In this document: positions 22,579-32,776 of the stretch, piece after piece | Layout of the letters: the number at the start of each line of letters is the position of its first letter | How positions within the stretch are numbered: position 1 is the first letter of the stretch | Source: Nemertoderma westbladi | Taxonomy: Eukaryota; Animalia; Xenacoelomorpha | Length of the DNA stretch: 64,000 bases | Direction: 5' to 3' | Assembly: GCA_032718475.1 (NCBI GenBank) | Contig: JAUCBJ010007886.1 | Location: 9,757-73,756, forward strand | The notes under the pieces: model-generated | Databases searched by the model: none | What the model was told of the DNA's origin: nothing | Seen by the model: the letters and a program-made list of their open reading frames with translations, nothing else | Translations under genes and position numbers: made by a program

Positions 22579-23031
22579 ATGTTATCTACAGAGGACCATG
22601 ATATGTTTCCAGTGGGTGGTCACTATTTGGGAGCGTTTCCAGCTAACAAATTACCTAAATTAGATAATAATAAGCGGAAAGATTATGGGTTGATAGTAAA
22701 TACCGATAAAGAGCATCTTCCTGGGATTCATTGGATCGCAATATATATACGAGATAATGAGGCCGAAGTATTTGACTCGTTTGGACCAAAATATCCAAAC
22801 AGATGCATCGAAAAATGGCTTGAGAAAAATTCCGCAAGGTGGCGTACTACTCGCAATCAATTTCAAGACCCTAGGCGGACCACATGCGGTCTGTACTGTC
22901 TTTATTATTTGGTAAATCGTATTCACACAATCTATCCAATGAGAGTGTTTACAAATAATGTGGAAATAAATGAAATAATATTATATAAATGGCTTGTTAA
23001 TTATTATAAAATAAACCAACAAGCGTTGTAA
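22579..23031 (+). CDS. Adenain-like cysteine protease (capsid maturation)
   Basis: IVNTD..PGIHWIA (His), FDSFG (Asp), QFQ..TTCGLYCLYYL (Gln/Cys). Confidence 0.93.
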   Translation: MLSTEDHDMFPVGGHYLGAFPANKLPKLDNNKRKDYGLIVNTDKEHLPGIHWIAIYIRDNEAEVFDSFGPKYPNRCIEKWLEKNSARWRTTRNQFQDPRRTTCGLYCLYYLVNRIHTIYPMRVFTNNVEINEIILYKWLVNYYKINQQAL

Positions 23032-23062
23032 TTAATCATTTAACTTTTGTTTATCAGATAAA

Positions 23063-23563
23063 ATGGATAATATTATTTTTGTTGATTTTCAATATTATAA
23101 GATAGACAATAAAGAGTATCCGGTAGTATTTAAAGAATTGCTATATTCGATTCTAATTACACCAAAACTAATGTAAAGACGTTTTTAATTAAAGGCCCAC
23201 CTAATATTAAGTTATCAGCATTAGATGCAGCCCACGTAAACAATTTACGGGATATGACTTCTCACTTGCCCTGGGACTACGGGGACATTTCGCAAGATGA
23301 CTTTAAAAAATATATGAAGAGACATTTAAAATATAAAAAAAATATTCATGTATTTGGGTTGATGAAGCAGGCAATATTAGTTTCCCAACTCGATGTTCTC
23401 GCGTCAAATTCGGTGGAGAAATTGGGAATATATAAGCAATATCACGATTATTTAACCCCTTGTCGGGCATAAATGTGCATTCCACTTAAACATAAGGGAT
23501 AACTGTCTGCGATACTGCTCAGCAAAACGCGTTGGGGGGTATGAGATGCTACACTTTTTCATG
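23063..23563 (+). pseudogene. Frameshifted Polinton accessory ORF (possibly DEDD-exonuclease-like, C-terminal Cys/His cluster)
   Basis: MDNIIFVDFQ..FKE/(L)AIF..FLIKGPP..HLPWDYG..IHVFG../HKCAFH..YCSAKRV, joined across frameshifts near 23140 and 23467. Confidence 0.55.
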
Positions 23564-24002
23564 AGAAAGCGTTTAACTGCGACTGATGATGATAAACAGA
23601 AAGAAATAACTGATGTGGAAGATGTACTGTAGGTTTACTCTAAGCATGTAATGTGATGGGATATAATATAATTTTATTTTGGTGATGATCTTGATGTTAA
23701 TATAAAAATATAATAAAATATAATTTTTTTTACAACAAGTTCTCTAAAAAGAGTCAATTGCGCTAGGTTAACCATACACATTTAACAATATGACATAGAC
23801 GTAACATGTACAGTAAGTATTCTCGATATCATTCTAATATAGATGTACTGGTATTGCGAAACATCCTATACATCGTAAACTAATAACACATACAGTAGTT
23901 GACTAGTAATATTAGTCAGAAATGCAACATAAACTGTATAGGATGTAGTGTTATCCTGTTGGTACCGGTACTGATAAATTGAATAATTTATTATAGGCCT
24001 AA

Positions 24003-24795
24003 TCACAACTGTCATCCGCTTTATCAGTACCGGTAGTGTTTTACTCTTCCAACACTGTAGTCACAGTCTACTGGTATCAGTACAGCAGTAATCTGAAGCA
24101 ATAGCATACTGCTGTCATGATCCGGATTACACGCAGGGGTCTCACATATAGGGATTAGATCACCTACCCAAACAATACAGTACTGCAGTACTGTCGTTGT
24201 TGTTGTAACAGCATAGTTAGATACAGCATACTGATTTCCTTTGATTAGCATTGTACTGCAGTACCGGTACTACAGTATTAATGTAACAGTACCCGTAGTA
24301 ACAAACTAGGCCAATGTATACAATATCGTGAGCCAGTTACAATCAGATGTGTACGCTGTCAGCCACACTGCGGGGGATGCGGTCAACCTTGCAGCACCTA
24401 TCCACAACTGTCATCCACTTTATCAGTACAGCTGTAATCTGATGCAATAGCATTTGTTTTTTTTCACCTATAAGGATACTGCTGTCTACCCGAACCTTGA
24501 TTAGCATACTGCTGTCATAACCTAGAAGGCACGCGTGGCTCTCACATATAGGGATTAGATCACCTACCCAAACAATACAGTACTGCAGTACTGTCGTTGT
24601 TGTTGTTGTAACAGTATAGTCAGATACAGCATGTTGATTTCCTTTAATTAGCATTGTACCGCAGTACCGCTACTACAGTATTAATGTAACAGTACCCGCA
24701 GTAACAAACTAAACCATTGTATACAATATCGTGAGCCAGTTACAATCGGATGTGCGCGCAGTCAGCCACGCTGCTGGGAAGCGGTCCACCTCGCA
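24003..24795. repeat. Tandem duplication of about 400 bp in the Polinton convergent intergenic region
   Basis: 24003-24395 and 24403-24795 share CACAACTGTCATCC...GAGCCAGTTACAATC...GCAGC with internal indels. Confidence 0.85.
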
Positions 24796-24821
24796 GCCGC
24801 CCAGCCACCCTCGCAGCTAGT

Positions 24822-24965
24822 CACGCAGTCAGCCTCGCGGCACGCAGTCAGCCTCGCGGCACGCAGTCAGCATCGCGGCACGCAGTCAGCCTCGCGGCAT
24901 GCAGTCAGCCTCGTGGTCGGTCATGCAGTCAGCCAGCCAGCCACGCGGCTTGGCATGCAGTCAGC
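24822..24965 (+). repeat. GC-rich 19-bp minisatellite (GCAGTCAGCCTCGCGGCAC), about 5 copies plus degenerate
   Basis: Direct inspection. Confidence 0.9.
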
Positions 24966-25055
24966 CCGTGAGAGTCATACTTATTCAAACGAGGTTAGTT
25001 TTCCCTAACTACTGATAGATTGATTGAAAAAATAATAATGTTTAATTTTCACCTT

Positions 25056-25601
25056 CTAATCACCAACACCTAAAGTCACAACACCAAACATTAATAAATA
25101 ATTAACAAGTTTACTAAATATAGGGTAATAAATGTGAAATTTGCTAGGTGAACACATTAAAGTACATTTACCAGTATGAAAGCAGCAAATGACTACGGTA
25201 TTATTTATTCTTATTTTGCAATTATTAAAAATTTCAGGTTCATATATAACTTGAAGTTGCACATTATCAAAGACAACATAAAACCCGGTATTGTTTATCA
25301 ATAACCTATAGACAACAGACTTAATACTAAAAATATAAGTACATAAATTAACAGATTTTAAAATCAAATTAATACTAGTTTTATCAAATATATGCTTTTT
25401 TACTTTTTGGAAATTATACTTACTGCCTAATAATGTAATACGACCATTTTTAAATATTAATAATGTGGCACCAAATATCTTATATATAAACTGATTTGGT
25501 TTGAGTATGTGTTTACCAGATAATTGATTTTTTAATTCTTTAAAATTAATCGCTGACACTTGCTGGCAACTTACATTCTTATTAACTATCTGATAGTTCA
25601 T
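25056..25601 (-). CDS. Divergent TATA-box-binding-protein (TBP)-like protein, 181 aa
   Basis: Two-repeat TBP pattern: YQIVN..SC, PNQF, ATLLIFKNGRITLLGSK (cf. TALIFSSGKMVCTGAK), YEPEIF (cf. YEPELF), ICCFHTGKCTL (cf. LLIFVSGKVVL); start overlaps pPolB end by 20 nt. Confidence 0.8.
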   Translation of the reverse strand: MNYQIVNKNVSCQQVSAINFKELKNQLSGKHILKPNQFIYKIFGATLLIFKNGRITLLGSKYNFQKVKKHIFDKTSINLILKSVNLCTYIFSIKSVVYRLLINNTGFYVVFDNVQLQVIYEPEIFNNCKIRINNTVVICCFHTGKCTLMCSPSKFHIYYPIFSKLVNYLLMFGVVTLGVGD

Positions 25602-28600
25602 TGTTTGGTTCCCGATAAATAGGTATATTGTTTTTTTTTACGGGTTTTTCAACCTTTGTTTGATAGTGACCCCAGGGAAGCGAATGATTTTTATTAACCC
25701 AATAAAGTTTATCGTCAAATGCGCTGAGAGCAAACTTATCTCGTGCTACAGTATACACTTTGTGTAATTGACTCTGAAATTGGTGCGTTTCCTTGGAAAT
25801 TTCTAAGTTATCCCTATATGCTCTTAAATAATCTTCGTGGCAAATATTTTTATCCACGACAGCTCTTGTTATTCCTTTCGCCCGTCGTATATTTGTTTCA
25901 TTGAATTCTAAAATTGAATATAACTTTGGTCTTAAAAATACTGCTTGTTTAATTTCACGTGAGGCTAGTTCATCTTTACAGTAATAGAGCCTGGATTTAT
26001 TTTTATCGCTGTAGAGAGGGTGATCCTTGGGGTAATTGGATGTATCTAAAATATTATTTTTAATTAAGGCTTTTAAGAAATTACTCTGCGATGTATTATA
26101 GTAACAACCTATTAAAGAGTCCGTATCTGATGCTACAATTTCAATTCGGCAGTTTAATTCTTTCTCAATAGGTAGCAATTTATCGTAATACAGCTGATAC
26201 ATATCCAATTTAGCCAAGTCCAAGACAGTACTACCTACATAGACCGGCTTATCGAGAGTTACAGAGTCTTTTACTAATAAATGTCCCGATAAGGAATCGT
26301 TATAAATCATGAAATTTTCGTGATTTATACGTTTGACCAATAGGTTGCATTTCTCTTTACTATTAGCGATACGAAAGTTGCAACGGTCCCTTATCTTCTC
26401 TATCGTTTTTCCAAATAACGAATTCTTTAGAAGCTTCGCAACAGCTGTATCAATGTAACTTTTTGCTACTCGCCTTTGATTAATATTAAAATCTATATAG
26501 GGTTTAAATACAAAGTCTTGATGGAAAGAATACAATTTATGGAGCTTAGTAACAATTAAACCTTGTTTTATATAAAATTTTAACAGTTTTAAATTTACAT
26601 GATAGAATTCCTTATCGAATTGTGTCAACATAAGTTTTGGTGCACACATCTTATAATTGCTATTAGTACCTCTTTGTTTACAAACATGATTATATTGTTC
26701 CCTCATATATGGTGAAAGCATTGTCTCATTTATACTTAAATGTTCTGGAGCTAAGGGTAGTTCTAATGTACGATCATGAATATCTTTGGGATATTTCAAA
26801 TCGCAAATTAAGAAAAACCCAATATCACCTTCAGTATCAAGATTTGTCAAATAGTTTATTAGTTCTTCTGGAGCAGCATTCTCTAAATATGTAACGTTGA
26901 CTTGTTCAAACCCTGAAACAGGTAGCTTTTTACTTAAATTACCAGAATACAAGGAATTAAAATCTATATTGAAAATATGACACTCTTCCTTGCTTGGATC
27001 ATAATTATCAGTATCTGGTATATTTGATTCTATGTAATGCTTTCGACAGAATGAAACCCCTCCTCTAATAGATGCTTCAAAATCTCTATATGTTTGGTAA
27101 TCTTTTATTAATGCTAACTTACATTTATTGTATTTCAGGGCGCAATCATAAGTGAAAGCTGCGATACTGCAATAATAAACTACTTCTAATTCGTAGTTTT
27201 GTCTACATACTCTCCTAAAGTTCTCAAATATAACAGCGAGGAGACAAACATCGAGTTTTAAGTATGCTAAAAGATAATCCTTGAGATTTGTACACTCAAA
27301 CTGACTCCATGATGCGTTGGCAAAACTATATTCCTCGGGAGTACAGGTATTTTGTGTTAATTTACTATAAAATTTGTCTATTGATGGTAATTTCGAATCA
27401 TTGAATTTATTTAAATCTGTCAGATACTTGTAGGGAAATATACCTTTTCGTTTAATTGTTGCATTATTTAAATTTGGATAAAAATATTTCATTTGCTGTT
27501 CAGTAATTGGTAGAACTGATGTTATATCCTCGCTGTCTATATCCTTTGTTGAACAATCAACTAAAGTACTTAGGGAAAAGGATAAAAATTGATATGTGTC
27601 TAAGACACGTAGCTCGATTTTTGTTTTTTGTTCTTTCACCGGTATATGCATACTCAGTGAAATATACCTTTCAGAATTTTTAGGGATTACCTTTATATCC
27701 CAATCGGAATATTTGTTATTGCTAAACCCAACTTGCAAAAGAAAATGCAAATCGTAGAGATTGCAGTTGTGTGCAGCGAGTATATACATGTGTCGTTTCA
27801 ATGATAAAGAGCGGTTACACGCGTTACAAGCGGCTGCTATATAGTTACCAGTAATATGTGAGTGATGTTTATTTTTCTCAGACTTATCCTTAAATAAAAC
27901 ATTGCAATAAAAGCAAGTTTTAGCTTTCCAAAAACTTAACTTATCTACATCGTTAAGTATAATCTTCTCTCGCGTATGGGTTTCTGCCCACTTATATAAT
28001 TGGGTGATGTCATTATATACAGAGTCTAAAAAGTCTTGAATACAGTTGTTGTCGATTGTTTTTGTAAAGGTCTTCAAATAAAATTTTGGTGGATTGATTA
28101 ATTCACTACTAGGAACAATTAAATAACTTACAGCGCATGGAATATGATTCTGAATAAATTTACTGTTGGTGGCTGGCTCCAAAATAGATTCTATGTCAAA
28201 ATATATTACAAACAATGCTGGTAATGTTCTGTCTAAATTTCTAAAGCTAATGTGAGTTCTTTTTTCAGACGGTAGCTTCTCAACTTGACTTTTTCCTCGA
28301 TAACAAGCAAGACAGTGACGTTCTAGAACATCCTTGCTGTAGAAATGAGACAAACACCGTTCACAAAATTTCCTACATCTAATATGCTTACCTGTTGTAT
28401 TCAACAAACGATTCAAGTTAGTTATGCAAATATAATGTGATTGTTTACTCGTATTCTTATTTTTTACAAGTAATATATTCAATAACTCTTTATCTGGAGT
28501 GATTTTACTAAATGGAGCCTGTCTTAATATAGATACTCGATTGTTATCGTAGAGTAATAAATTAATTATATATGCTGAATTCTGTTTTTCAAAAAGTTTA

Positions 28601-29589
28601 ATTGCAAGCAGCCATTCTGTTGGATAATCTTTGTTCCCGTTGTCAAAAATAAAATGACTCATATAATTTTTGTACGATGAAGTACGGTTTTTGTTGTTTT
28701 TCACTTTGCTACTAAATTTTGTGGCTATAATTGCCCATTTGAAACAGTCATTATCAGCCGTTTGTATATTTATAACACATTTTTTAACTGATAGAGTCTT
28801 AGGTAACTCCATATAACCTTTATATTCCAGTGACCTACACTTGGATTCAGCTACTTTAATTTCCACTCTTAATAAAGATTTAACGCGCCACCCTGAGCCA
28901 CGAGTGTTAAACATGGCTATTTTTTGCATTAATTGTTCTAGTACATACTCAAACCATGTGTCAAAACTTTCATGTGAATCTATGGTATTAACTGCACCAC
29001 CTGAAGAACTAAAATAGAAAGCTTCTTCTTGATCTCCCTCTGAAAAATGTGATCGATACATGAGTATATTCACACCTAGCCAGGGTCTAAGTACATTCAT
29101 TTCGCTAAGTTTTCCTAATAATAACGTTTTGATGTGTGGCAGAATTTTTAGTATCAATGAATGAATATCAGGAAAATCTTCATCATTCGGAAGATTGTAA
29201 ACATAGATTTCTAAACGGTTATCGTGTGCAGCTCGTTCGATGCTAAAAATTGATGGACCTTGACCAGATTTCAGTCTTTTTCTAGATGCGACAGTATTGT
29301 TTTGGTTCGCTCGTGGTCTAACATGATAATAACGTTGGTGACAGTCGTGACGTAAATAATTATCATATAAATACTCTTTATTACAAGTAGGACAAGTTTT
29401 TTCATACACGTAAAACTTCATTTCTTTACATCCCGTAGTTGATTCATGTCGTTTGCATATTTCTTCTGTAGGTGTAAAAACATGACACTTAAAACAAGAA
29501 TAACCTTCAAAATGTGACCTTAGGTGGCGTAAATAATTTCGTTTAGAAATTTGAAGAGGACAAAATGGACATTTCAATTGTTTATCCAT
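25582..29589 (-). CDS. Protein-primed family B DNA polymerase with N-terminal Zn fingers, terminal-protein/vOTU region and inserted HNH-like domain
   Basis: GSGW, DNDCFKWA...SHY, Exo YFDIES / HN..YD / YLKLDV, CFYC..HHSHITG..AACNACN, Pol DFNSLY, KLLKNSLFGK, SDTDS, RAKGI. Confidence 0.97.
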   Translation of the reverse strand: MDKQLKCPFCPLQISKRNYLRHLRSHFEGYSCFKCHVFTPTEEICKRHESTTGCKEMKFYVYEKTCPTCNKEYLYDNYLRHDCHQRYYHVRPRANQNNTVASRKRLKSGQGPSIFSIERAAHDNRLEIYVYNLPNDEDFPDIHSLILKILPHIKTLLLGKLSEMNVLRPWLGVNILMYRSHFSEGDQEEAFYFSSSGGAVNTIDSHESFDTWFEYVLEQLMQKIAMFNTRGSGWRVKSLLRVEIKVAESKCRSLEYKGYMELPKTLSVKKCVINIQTADNDCFKWAIIATKFSSKVKNNKNRTSSYKNYMSHFIFDNGNKDYPTEWLLAIKLFEKQNSAYIINLLLYDNNRVSILRQAPFSKITPDKELLNILLVKNKNTSKQSHYICITNLNRLLNTTGKHIRCRKFCERCLSHFYSKDVLERHCLACYRGKSQVEKLPSEKRTHISFRNLDRTLPALFVIYFDIESILEPATNSKFIQNHIPCAVSYLIVPSSELINPPKFYLKTFTKTIDNNCIQDFLDSVYNDITQLYKWAETHTREKIILNDVDKLSFWKAKTCFYCNVLFKDKSEKNKHHSHITGNYIAAACNACNRSLSLKRHMYILAAHNCNLYDLHFLLQVGFSNNKYSDWDIKVIPKNSERYISLSMHIPVKEQKTKIELRVLDTYQFLSFSLSTLVDCSTKDIDSEDITSVLPITEQQMKYFYPNLNNATIKRKGIFPYKYLTDLNKFNDSKLPSIDKFYSKLTQNTCTPEEYSFANASWSQFECTNLKDYLLAYLKLDVCLLAVIFENFRRVCRQNYELEVVYYCSIAAFTYDCALKYNKCKLALIKDYQTYRDFEASIRGGVSFCRKHYIESNIPDTDNYDPSKEECHIFNIDFNSLYSGNLSKKLPVSGFEQVNVTYLENAAPEELINYLTNLDTEGDIGFFLICDLKYPKDIHDRTLELPLAPEHLSINETMLSPYMREQYNHVCKQRGTNSNYKMCAPKLMLTQFDKEFYHVNLKLLKFYIKQGLIVTKLHKLYSFHQDFVFKPYIDFNINQRRVAKSYIDTAVAKLLKNSLFGKTIEKIRDRCNFRIANSKEKCNLLVKRINHENFMIYNDSLSGHLLVKDSVTLDKPVYVGSTVLDLAKLDMYQLYYDKLLPIEKELNCRIEIVASDTDSLIGCYYNTSQSNFLKALIKNNILDTSNYPKDHPLYSDKNKSRLYYCKDELASREIKQAVFLRPKLYSILEFNETNIRRAKGITRAVVDKNICHEDYLRAYRDNLEISKETHQFQSQLHKVYTVARDKFALSAFDDKLYWVNKNHSLPWGHYQTKVEKPVKKNNIPIYREPNNELSDS

Positions 29590-29722
29590 CTCTTTATTAT
29601 CCTAAAAACAATTTAAAATTAATATGAATATTGTTATATATATATATAATCAAAAAAAATTCATAAGCTACTCAACATAAATAAAATATAATATCTAAAC
29701 TTTAATTAATTTAATATTTTCA

Positions 29723-29791
29723 GAATGAGCTCGATTGAATCAGTTGAGCTCTTTATATATATATTTCAAGTTTCTACTTATACCAACCAAT
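29723..29791 (-). promoter_or_regulatory. Candidate TATA + Inr core promoter for pPolB/TBP-like unit
   Basis: Minus-strand TATAAAG starting 29757 and TCATTC with +1 A at 29726 (31 nt); CCAAT near 29787; TTTTTAG splice acceptor 12 nt before the ATG. Confidence 0.55.
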
Positions 29792-30137
29792 CATAAATAA
29801 CAGTTACATTGGAAACTAATATCATAAATAAAGTTGCTTTTACAACTGAATTCTTTATAATAAAATCAAGTCTAAACCAAGATGTGCATAATACGTTTTT
29901 AATTTTCATTGATAAAGTAGGTTTTACATGCTAATGTTTTATTATGGTGGTGTAAACTCACGCATTTATATGCGAATGTTTTATACCTAATCCCGTGCTC
30001 ACATTAAACTATCACCAATATTTACTCAATAAAGTCACCTTTACACGCAAATACTTTATAATAATCACGCTTTGTGATAAAAAGTTACCTTTACAAGTCA
30101 GTGTGAAACTGAAAAAAAGTCTCTAGTTAATAATAAA

Positions 30138-31181
30138 TCAATCTGATACTGTTTTTATATGTTCCTTATTGTAATCTGCTACCTCTTCACTTGCTTTTGT
30201 AACTTTTATTTTCTTTGTAGGTATAGAATCATTGTTGGGAATGGAAGATGTTTGAGATGTAGATCTGCGCTTTCTATCACTCGATGTCTCTTCGATGTAT
30301 GTCTTTGGATTAAATGTAGATGAAACTACTTCTGGAAATGACTTATTAACCTTAAACTTCCAAGTTGGTTGATATAGAATCGCGAAACCGTCTGCTATAT
30401 CAGTTGATGAACCCTTTAACATCATATCATAGAGAAACTCTATATGAGGTATGTCTTTATCGTAATGTAACTGTAAATATTTGCTTTCCTTGTCTGTAAT
30501 AATTACTTTTTTTTCTTGTACATTTATTTTTACCTTAAGTCGGTCAGATAAAGCTTTATCGCTCGTATCTAGCTCTGAAAAGACACCTTCGTTACTAATT
30601 TCATAATTCCATTCATACCACAATGAATTTACTTCCGATGCTGTTAAGTTAAACCCATTATAATACCTAAGACCAATAGCATCAGAATATCTAGCTGAAA
30701 TCTCCCATAGTCCCATATAAGTCGTTCCTTTATATTTGCTTACAAAACCAACAAAAGATGGGTTGGTTAAATTAACAACAGAACACTGATTTATTATTTC
30801 GAGTGGTGGTGATAACAATTCTAATATTTCTGACTTACTCTGAAGCAATAAATTAATGAGTGATTTGTTTAGAATTTGACATTTGCCTTGCTTCTGAATA
30901 TATACGTTTTCAGTAATAACACAGGTGGAAATATTTAACTTTCCTCTTGTAAATTCTATATTAGGATAAATATTACCTCTTGAAACTGGTGATTCCTTTT
31001 GTCGGTTGATTAATATTTCTAAGACGTCTAGAAGGTAGAGTGTATCCTGGTAAGAGAAGCACGTTGTTACATTGCTATCGCTTGAGAGTAATATAAAATA
31101 CTTGCCATAAACAATACTACAGGTATATTTATTACATGTAAATTTCCAAGTATTGCTTGAAGTTTTTTTAAATAAATCCAT
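30138..31181 (-). CDS. Polinton protein with possible PC4/Sub1-like ssDNA-binding domain and basic tail
   Basis: FVSKYKGTTYMGLWE...GFNLTASEVNSL resembles the PC4 core (VSxFxGxxxIDIRE..GISLxxEQW); RKRR and PTKKIK are NLS-like. Confidence 0.5.
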   Translation of the reverse strand: MDLFKKTSSNTWKFTCNKYTCSIVYGKYFILLSSDSNVTTCFSYQDTLYLLDVLEILINRQKESPVSRGNIYPNIEFTRGKLNISTCVITENVYIQKQGKCQILNKSLINLLLQSKSEILELLSPPLEIINQCSVVNLTNPSFVGFVSKYKGTTYMGLWEISARYSDAIGLRYYNGFNLTASEVNSLWYEWNYEISNEGVFSELDTSDKALSDRLKVKINVQEKKVIITDKESKYLQLHYDKDIPHIEFLYDMMLKGSSTDIADGFAILYQPTWKFKVNKSFPEVVSSTFNPKTYIEETSSDRKRRSTSQTSSIPNNDSIPTKKIKVTKASEEVADYNKEHIKTVSD

Positions 31182-31220
31182 AATTAGAATGAAAACTATT
31201 TTGAAAAATAAAAACTAAAT

Positions 31221-31254
31221 AAATGATTATTAGAATGTAAAACTTCTGTTTATA
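31221..31254 (-). promoter_or_regulatory. Candidate TATA + Inr core promoter for ORF 30138-31181
   Basis: Minus-strand TATAAAC starting 31254 and TCATTT with +1 A at 31224 (30 nt). Confidence 0.5.
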
Positions 31255-31796
31255 TGGTTGCTTTAATACAACAGAGTGACTTACAGTGAGGAATATAGTA
31301 GCTTCGTGTAACAGATGCAACGTGTACAGCTAAATTTATTACATTAGCATGAGTTAGAGAGTGAAATAGCAGTAACATGTAACAGATGCAACGTGATCAA
31401 TGCTAGCTCTGTCATTCTAACTTATATTTTAACTTAGTTGACCGACCAGTTACATCGATAAAAGAAATCGATTATTATTAATAGTCGAATTAATGTATTC
31501 TATGCTATAGTAATTATGTTAAGGAACTAGAAGCTATTTATAAACATCTGCTACCAGTGATGAAGATGAAGAATTCAATGACTATGGTATAACTCAGATA
31601 TTTATCGCCTTTTGCTCTCGAGGTTGGATGGAAGAGTGATTGGTGAGTTGTGAGGAGTTATAACGGTCCCGGGTTCGAACCCTGTTGAATATTTTGTTAT
31701 CTGAAAAATTGCAAAATTAAATTTAGTTACTGGTGAAAAATAGCGATTTGAAAAATAGTAGAAGTTACCTGTAGACATCTCTAGCGTCTGTAAAAT

Positions 31797-32119
31797 AATG
31801 GTTGGTGAAAAATAGCGATTTGAAAAATAGTAGAAGTTACCTGATGCTAAGTGTAGACACCCGAACACCTGTAAAATAAAGGTTGGTGATTGGACGGAGT
31901 ACTAGCGTTGGGTGACTAATAACGCCTCTAGCGGAAGATGCGGGAACTTGAGAAGTTGCCATGGTTACGGATGAAATGCTGACATCTGATTGGTTGAAAT
32001 AATAACGACCACTGCTAAAGGTTGAAATGGTGGCTTCTGATTGGATGGATTACTAAAAATGGACGGTAATGATGGGCTACGGGTGACTTTGATCGAGTTG
32101 GCTAGTAATGTATACTACT
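31797..32119 (-). repeat. Polinton right terminal inverted repeat
   Basis: Ends ...GCTAGTAATGTATACTACT; 41 bp of its inner edge is duplicated at 31731-31771. Confidence 0.95.
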
Positions 32120-32700
32120 CATATTAATATGAAAATAAAGTATCTGCAAAGAAAATAACCCAATACTATATAATTTGACCTTATTAAAAAATTTTAACTT
32201 TTGCACACTTATTTGTACAAATGCACTTTAGCAGATCGTAATGGTGGCTCTTATTTAACAAACTTATGTTTATCCTCTACCGATCTACGATGGTGTATGA
32301 TCAAGTGTCAGTCGCTAAAAGTGTCAAAAATCCAATTTAATAAATCTGGATTTGCGATTTTGGACCATATTCATGGACATTTTAAGTCACTTTATAGACA
32401 TAAAAAGAAAAACAAATGTTACGATTATAGTTAGCAATCATTCCAAACTACATTTTAATCTAAAAAATAACATTCTACGATGAATAGAACTGGAAATAAT
32501 AGTGTTTGAAATATCGAAAAAATGTTCACTATTTAAGTGCATTATGCACTAAGTGCACATGCGTCTTTTCCCAAGTTGTATCCTATTTCATACACTACGA
32601 TCTATTCTCTACCCAATGAAAAAAGTTTCAGATTAAATGGCCCTGTAGAACCGAAGTTATTGATGTTTAAAAATAGTCACTCGAAAATTTCAAATTCTCT

Positions 32701-32776
32701 TGGTCACATAGTCTAGTGGTTATCAATCACGTTAATGAAACCTAAGTTCGCGGGTTCGAAATCCAAGACCTGACCA
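32701..32776 (+). other. Degenerate tRNA-like sequence (pseudo-tRNA/SINE head)
   Basis: TGGTCA/TGACCA complementary ends, A-box-like TAGTCTAGTGG, B-box-like GGTTCGAAATCC; no good anticodon arm. Confidence 0.4.

Larger units (their letters stand above)
12664..32119. mobile_element. Polinton/Maverick (endogenous polintovirus; pPolB with HNH insertion), 19.46 kb
   Basis: AGTAGT termini, 323-bp TIRs, genes for ATPase, integrase, pentons, MCP, adenain and pPolB. Confidence 0.97.

Noticed and set aside
32701-32776. Functional tRNA gene
   Set aside because: Anticodon and T stems do not pair properly; kept only as a degenerate tRNA-like sequence
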